Shown in pieces: positions 59,476-64,000 of a stretch of DNA of 64,000 bases. The translations under genes were made by a program, and so were the position numbers. The stretch's first letter is position 1. The number at the start of each line of letters is the position of its first letter. The DNA is from a bacterium. GTDB lineage: Bacteria; Zhuqueibacterota; Zhuqueibacteria; Oceanimicrobiales; Oceanimicrobiaceae. The notes beneath the pieces were generated by a model. The model ran no database searches and was not told the origin of the DNA. It was given only the letters and a program-made list of their open reading frames with translations. Where the stretch lies: NCBI GenBank assembly GCA_046757525.1, contig JBHHYI010000001.1, forward strand, positions 1 through 64,000, read 5' to 3'.

Positions 59476-60660
59476 ATGGAGAAGGCAGTGCGCGCAATGT
59501 TTAAGATTAAGCATTGGTTAAAACGGTCTACCTTGAAGCTTCTTCCTGGAAGGCCGGGAAAAGAGGTAATCGCGCCAGGTGATTTGCCACGATCAGAAAT
59601 TCGCAAGATTGTGATCCTAATCCGGTCAGATGCTTTGGTTGATCTATTGTTGACCACGCCTGTTTTTAAAGCAGTCCGACAGGGATTCCCCTCGGCGCAT
59701 ATTGCTGTTTTGACGGGGAATTACACCGGCCAGGTCTTAGTTAACAACCCGAACATCGACGAAGTCATCTATTTGCGCAAAGGGCTGGCATTTTGGTCGC
59801 CTGCTAATGTCATTGCTTTTGTTAAGCAATTACATGCCCACTTTGATTTAGCCATCGTGTTAAACCCTTCGGCCCAGATCGATTGGCTGGCTCATTTTAG
59901 TGGCGCCAGGTACATTTTGGGTCCCGAGCAAGCCGTTGAAACTGACGACGAGGCCATTGGCTTCTACAATCTGCGCGCCCCCCGCGCCGACGCAAAGCAG
60001 CACGTAACTGAGAGAGCTTTGGCGGTTGTGCGCCATCTCGGCCTGGATTCCAGCGACAAAGGGGCTGAGCTAAGCATAACCACGGAAGAAAAGATCCGGG
60101 CGATCGAGTTTTTGAAAGAAAATTTCATCCAACTGGGGGAGCTGGTGGTTGCGGTACACCTTGGTACAGGCAAGTTTAACCAGCCCTGGGATGTGAAGAA
60201 CTTTATTCAAGTGGCCAAGAGTTTCAGCACCTTGCACAACGCTAAGATCGTGGTGTCGTGGGGACCTGAAGACCAGCAGACAGGCCGGGCCTTCCTGGAG
60301 GGCATGCCTTTTACGCCAGTCCAGGCCAACGGGTTGTCGTTGCGCGAGCTTGCCGCCGTGTACCTCTTTTGCAGCTTGCTCGTGTGCAACTACACCGGGA
60401 TCATGTATTTGGCCGCCAGCTTGGGTACGCCGCTGGTGGCCGTTGGCGGCCCGCCTGAGCCTGACGATCGCGAGCCGCTGGGCGAAGAATTTGTCGTGCT
60501 AAAAGGGGTCCACGGGGATGTGTCAACCATCGGCCCGGAGCAGGTGATGCAGCGGGCAGCCGGACTTCTTAGAGCTTACCCAAAGAATATCAAAGACCAA
60601 CAGTTCGACATTTCAGAGCAGGTGTTAGAGCAATATTTGAACGTCCTAAAAACCTTTTGA
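59476..60660 (+). CDS. Glycosyltransferase family 9 (heptosyltransferase-like), divergent
   Basis: D-LLLTTP..FP.AHI, NPNIDEVI, SLRELAA, LAASLGTP; alternative start 59497. Confidence 0.8.
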   Translation: MEKAVRAMFKIKHWLKRSTLKLLPGRPGKEVIAPGDLPRSEIRKIVILIRSDALVDLLLTTPVFKAVRQGFPSAHIAVLTGNYTGQVLVNNPNIDEVIYLRKGLAFWSPANVIAFVKQLHAHFDLAIVLNPSAQIDWLAHFSGARYILGPEQAVETDDEAIGFYNLRAPRADAKQHVTERALAVVRHLGLDSSDKGAELSITTEEKIRAIEFLKENFIQLGELVVAVHLGTGKFNQPWDVKNFIQVAKSFSTLHNAKIVVSWGPEDQQTGRAFLEGMPFTPVQANGLSLRELAAVYLFCSLLVCNYTGIMYLAASLGTPLVAVGGPPEPDDREPLGEEFVVLKGVHGDVSTIGPEQVMQRAAGLLRAYPKNIKDQQFDISEQVLEQYLNVLKTF

Positions 60661-60666
60661 CCGGCA

Positions 60667-60846
60667 ATGCAAATCGTGTTGTGTCAGCATTGTTCTCGGG
60701 CAAGAAAGCTCGAAAATTCCCGTAACAGCATTTTTGTCCTTTGTGCTTGTTCGAAAAGAGACCCGAAGTACAAGAAATACCCAGCCTTGCCCGTGCTGGA
60801 GTGTCAGGCCTATCGCAAAAATGCTGATTCAGGCAGTGGCTCCTGA
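60667..60846 (+). CDS. Small Cys-rich hypothetical protein, 59 aa, not in ORF track
   Basis: MQIVLCQHCSRARKLENSRNSIFVLCACSKRDPKYKKYPALPVLECQAYRKNADSGSGS; starts 6 nt after GT9 stop and fills most of the spacer. Confidence 0.7.
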   Translation: MQIVLCQHCSRARKLENSRNSIFVLCACSKRDPKYKKYPALPVLECQAYRKNADSGSGS

Positions 60847-60895
60847 ATTCAAATTAATTTAGTAACCAGTAACCAATCTTTTGAGGGAGAGTGCC

Positions 60896-61327
60896 ATGAG
60901 GATTAGCGACATCCTTAAGTCTAAGGGCAGCCAGGTCTATACGATCAACATGGAGCAATCCATACAGGAGACCATTCAAAGCCTGGTCATGCACAATATT
61001 GGCGCGCTCCTGGTTTTGGATGACCAGGAGAAGCTTGTAGGCATCATTTCCGAACGGGACATCCTGAGGAAAAATGCCAACCAAACCGTCATTCTCAAAG
61101 ACACCAAAGTAAAGGACGTCATGACCAGCAATTTAATCATCGGTGTCCCCAACGACGACATAGAATACATCATGGGAATCATGACGAAAAACAGAATCCG
61201 GCATCTGCCGGTTTTGGATGAGGAGAAGGTCGTTGGCATTGTCTCTCTGGGCGATGTGGTGAAGGCACAACTGACCGAAAAAGAGTACGACAACCGCTAT
61301 TTGAAACAATACATGTTTGGACATTGA
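60896..61327 (+). CDS. Tandem CBS-domain protein
   Basis: NIGALLV..LVGIISERD, VMT, IRHLPV..GIVSLGDVVK. Confidence 0.93.
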   Translation: MRISDILKSKGSQVYTINMEQSIQETIQSLVMHNIGALLVLDDQEKLVGIISERDILRKNANQTVILKDTKVKDVMTSNLIIGVPNDDIEYIMGIMTKNRIRHLPVLDEEKVVGIVSLGDVVKAQLTEKEYDNRYLKQYMFGH

Positions 61328-61383
61328 TCGGAAGCGGGTGTTAGGTAGGGATGGCTAATGTTGTCAAGGCTGGCAAAAAGTGC

Positions 61384-61412
61384 TTGACAATCTTAAAATA
61401 ATTTCCTAAACT
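61384..61412 (+). promoter_or_regulatory. Putative sigma70 promoter
   Basis: TTGACA-17 nt-TAAACT upstream of FAH gene. Confidence 0.65.
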
Positions 61413-61524
61413 GATATCCCTAAAGCAGGCGCCTGGTCTCGCCGGTTGTGTTTTGCGCTTCCCAAGTCTGAGGAAAGCGTTGAGTTCCGCGTGAGACCAT
61501 TCATGTCAATGGAAGGAGTCCATT

Positions 61525-62418
61525 TTGAAGGCATTCTCGTTTACCAATGAAAAAGGACTGTTGCAAATTGGCGTTGAATTACAAGGGCAAGCTTTCAATT
61601 TCTCCCAGGCCTGGGAAATCTACAAAGAGATCAAGAGCCGTGGCAAAGGCCCCAGTCTGAACCTCCTGCAAATAATGGTGGAGACGGATTTCTTTTATCT
61701 GGACACCTTTCAGGAAGTTTTTCAAACGATCCGAGAATCCAGGCCCATCGAGAATCTCAAACTAACGTCCCATTTTCGTTTCAGCTCCCCCATCGGTAGG
61801 CCCCAAAAAATCATCTGCATCGGCAGAAATTATAGCGCTCATGCTGAAGAATTGGGCAATGTTGTGCCGGATGAGCCCATTTTTTTCTCAAAGTCTCCTT
61901 CGGCCATCACCGGGCATGAAGGTGCTATCAGAATCCCAGAAGGCGTTGGGCGCGTGGATTACGAGGGCGAATTAGCTGTTGTGATCGGTAAACGGGCGCG
62001 TGGCATTTCCCGGGACAGGGCCTTCGACTTTATTGCAGGATATACCATACTGAATGACGTCACGGCACGGGAATTACAAAAAGCTGACTTCAAAGAAGCG
62101 AAGCCATGGTTTCGTTCAAAGAGCTTTGACACCTTCTGTCCCATTGGCCCCTTTTTGGTGCCAAAGGATGCCATTGCCAATCTGGCTGATTTGGAATTGG
62201 AAGTGCGCGTCAATAATGAACGAAAACAGTTTGCCAGGCTGGCACAAATGTTGTTTGATGTGCCGGGCCTGGTAGCCTATTTGTCAAGGTACCTGACGCT
62301 GGAGCCGGGCGATGTGGTGGCAACCGGTACGCCCGAAGGCGTTGGTCCGCTGCGACCGGGCGATGTGGTAGAGTGTGAAATAACCCAGCTTGGCACCTTG
62401 CGGAATCCAGTGCAGTGA
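61525..62418 (+). CDS. Fumarylacetoacetate hydrolase family protein
   Basis: KIICIGRNY..HAEE, DYEGEL, NDVTAR, KSFDTFCPIGP, TGTPEGVG. Confidence 0.93.
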   Translation: MKAFSFTNEKGLLQIGVELQGQAFNFSQAWEIYKEIKSRGKGPSLNLLQIMVETDFFYLDTFQEVFQTIRESRPIENLKLTSHFRFSSPIGRPQKIICIGRNYSAHAEELGNVVPDEPIFFSKSPSAITGHEGAIRIPEGVGRVDYEGELAVVIGKRARGISRDRAFDFIAGYTILNDVTARELQKADFKEAKPWFRSKSFDTFCPIGPFLVPKDAIANLADLELEVRVNNERKQFARLAQMLFDVPGLVAYLSRYLTLEPGDVVATGTPEGVGPLRPGDVVECEITQLGTLRNPVQ

Positions 62419-62481
62419 GAAAAAGTTACATTTAATTTTACCGTTTTATTCATCATTTTTACACTTAGGAAGGAGGAAGGT

Positions 62482-64000
62482 ATGCGCTTACCCCTGAGAC
62501 TGTTACAGACTTTTTTGTGTGTTGGCTTACTATTGGCTAACTACCAGTTGGCGAAAGCCAGGAGTGAAACGTCAAAGGAGGTAGTCATCAAGTTTCATGC
62601 GGACATCCAGAAAGGCCCGATCGATTCGCTAACCGCGGCGTTGGGACTGGTTAAGATCAAGTCTATGAGCGAGATTAACGTGGCCGTTTTCAGGATCTCT
62701 TCGGATTATTCCATGGAGAAGGTTGTGCAGATTTGCAGCAAGTCACCTTATGTCGAGTATGCCGAACCTACTGCTCGATTTCGCGTGGCAGCCATTGGCC
62801 TGCAAGCTGCGGAGCCTGCAACGGCAGCCGAGGCGCAGCAAAGTTCAAAACAGCAAGCGCAGGTCGCGGAGCACAAGGAGGGCGAATTGCTGATCAAGTT
62901 CAAATCGGATGTGGCGCAGCTAGCGGTCACTTCGCTCTTGAACAATGTGGGCATCACCATCGACCGGCGGTTCGATGAAATTGGGGTGTACAAGTGTAGC
63001 ATCAAGAGCGGCAAATCGGTTTTGAAGGCAACCGAAGAATGCAACGCCGACAGCAACGTGGAATATGCCGAGCCCAATTACATTTACCACGCCAGCGTAG
63101 AACCTAACGATCCGCGATTCCCTGATATGTTTGGGTTGGACAAAATCGATGCACCCCAGGCCTGGGACAAGCAAAAAGGGGCCAAGTCCATCGTCGTTGG
63201 CGTCATCGATACCGGCGCGGACCATGAGCACGAAGACTTGAAAGCGAATATGTGGCGTAACACTGGCGAGATTGGCAACGGTAAGGAAAACAACGGGATC
63301 GATGACGACGGCAACGGGTTTGTAGATGATTTTCAGGGTTGGGATTTCGTACAAAGGGACAACGACCCATTCGATGACAACGAGCACGGAACACATGTGT
63401 CGGGAACCATCGGTGCGGTTGGCAACAATGGCACAGGTGTGGTTGGCGTCAATTGGACCGTCTCCATCATGCCGCTAAAGTTCCTGAATGCGCAGGGCAG
63501 TGGCACCACCGATGATGCCATCGATGCCATCCTGTACGGCGTGAACATGGGCGCCAATGTTCTGAGCAACAGTTGGGGCGGCGGTGGGTTTTCCAGAGCG
63601 CTGGAAGATGCTATAAAGTTTGCCAATCAACATGGCGTGCTGTTCGTGGCGGCCGCTGGCAATGCCAGCAGCAACAACGATTCCTTCCCCACTTTTCCGG
63701 CCAACTATGCCATCGATAATGTAATCGCTGTGGCGTCGAGCACGAGCAGCGACAATTTGTCCGGTTTTTCCAATTTCGGCAAGAAGACCGTACACCTGGC
63801 TGCTCCCGGTTCAAACATTCTGAGCACTCTGCCACGCAACAAATATGGTCTGTTGAGCGGTACTTCTATGGCCACGCCACATGTCAGCGGCGCTGCTGCA
63901 CTCGTTTGGGCGCAATTCCCTAACGCCACCATGAAGCAAATCAAAGCCCGCATTGTGGGGTCTGTTGACCGGCTGCCCAATTTTACGGACAAAGTCATTT
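62482..64000 (+). CDS. Secreted S8 subtilisin-like serine protease (partial, runs off window; not in ORF track)
   Basis: AGGAGG SD; signal peptide; two prodomains; VIDTG, HGTHVSG, AAGN, GTSMATPHV. Confidence 0.93.
   Translation, partial: MRLPLRLLQTFLCVGLLLANYQLAKARSETSKEVVIKFHADIQKGPIDSLTAALGLVKIKSMSEINVAVFRISSDYSMEKVVQICSKSPYVEYAEPTARFRVAAIGLQAAEPATAAEAQQSSKQQAQVAEHKEGELLIKFKSDVAQLAVTSLLNNVGITIDRRFDEIGVYKCSIKSGKSVLKATEECNADSNVEYAEPNYIYHASVEPNDPRFPDMFGLDKIDAPQAWDKQKGAKSIVVGVIDTGADHEHEDLKANMWRNTGEIGNGKENNGIDDDGNGFVDDFQGWDFVQRDNDPFDDNEHGTHVSGTIGAVGNNGTGVVGVNWTVSIMPLKFLNAQGSGTTDDAIDAILYGVNMGANVLSNSWGGGGFSRALEDAIKFANQHGVLFVAAAGNASSNNDSFPTFPANYAIDNVIAVASSTSSDNLSGFSNFGKKTVHLAAPGSNILSTLPRNKYGLLSGTSMATPHVSGAAALVWAQFPNATMKQIKARIVGSVDRLPNFTDKVI

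Overview
Core-genome window from a diderm bacterium of the FCB superphylum. RpoB/RpoC N-termini and gene order suggest a KSB1/Calditrichota-like lineage; this is an inference. Every convincing gene is on the + strand. 45-30934 holds tRNA-Gly/Thr, rpmG, tRNA-Trp, secE-nusG-rplKAJL-rpoBC, the str operon and the S10-spc-alpha ribosomal superoperon (no adk; tuf only in the str operon). 31054-64000 holds hutUI, a lipoprotein/FadL-like barrel/TPR trio, glyA-nrdR-tatC-dcd, three metallohydrolases, rne/rng-rplU-rpmA, mdh, gatC-pyrG-lptC-lptA-lptB-rpoN, hslVU, argF, GNAT and glycosyltransferase genes, CBS and FAH proteins, and a subtilase cut by the window edge. Main findings: (1) LptB carries an N-terminal degenerate MglA/CvnD-type small-GTPase domain, in an lpt operon that lacks the usual kds genes. 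(2) A DUF4270/DNRLRE-like lipoprotein gene sits next to a FadL-like barrel and a TPR gene, resembling the accessory subunits of the Bacteroidota BAM complex. (3) bL12 has a Lys-rich N-terminal extension. (4) There is a MITE-like insert after rpoN and a mosaic of REP-like palindromes. (5) There is also an unlisted 59-aa Cys-rich ORF, a GT9 with altered donor-binding residues, and a subtilase with a duplicated prodomain. All family assignments are by motif recognition; no database searches were run.
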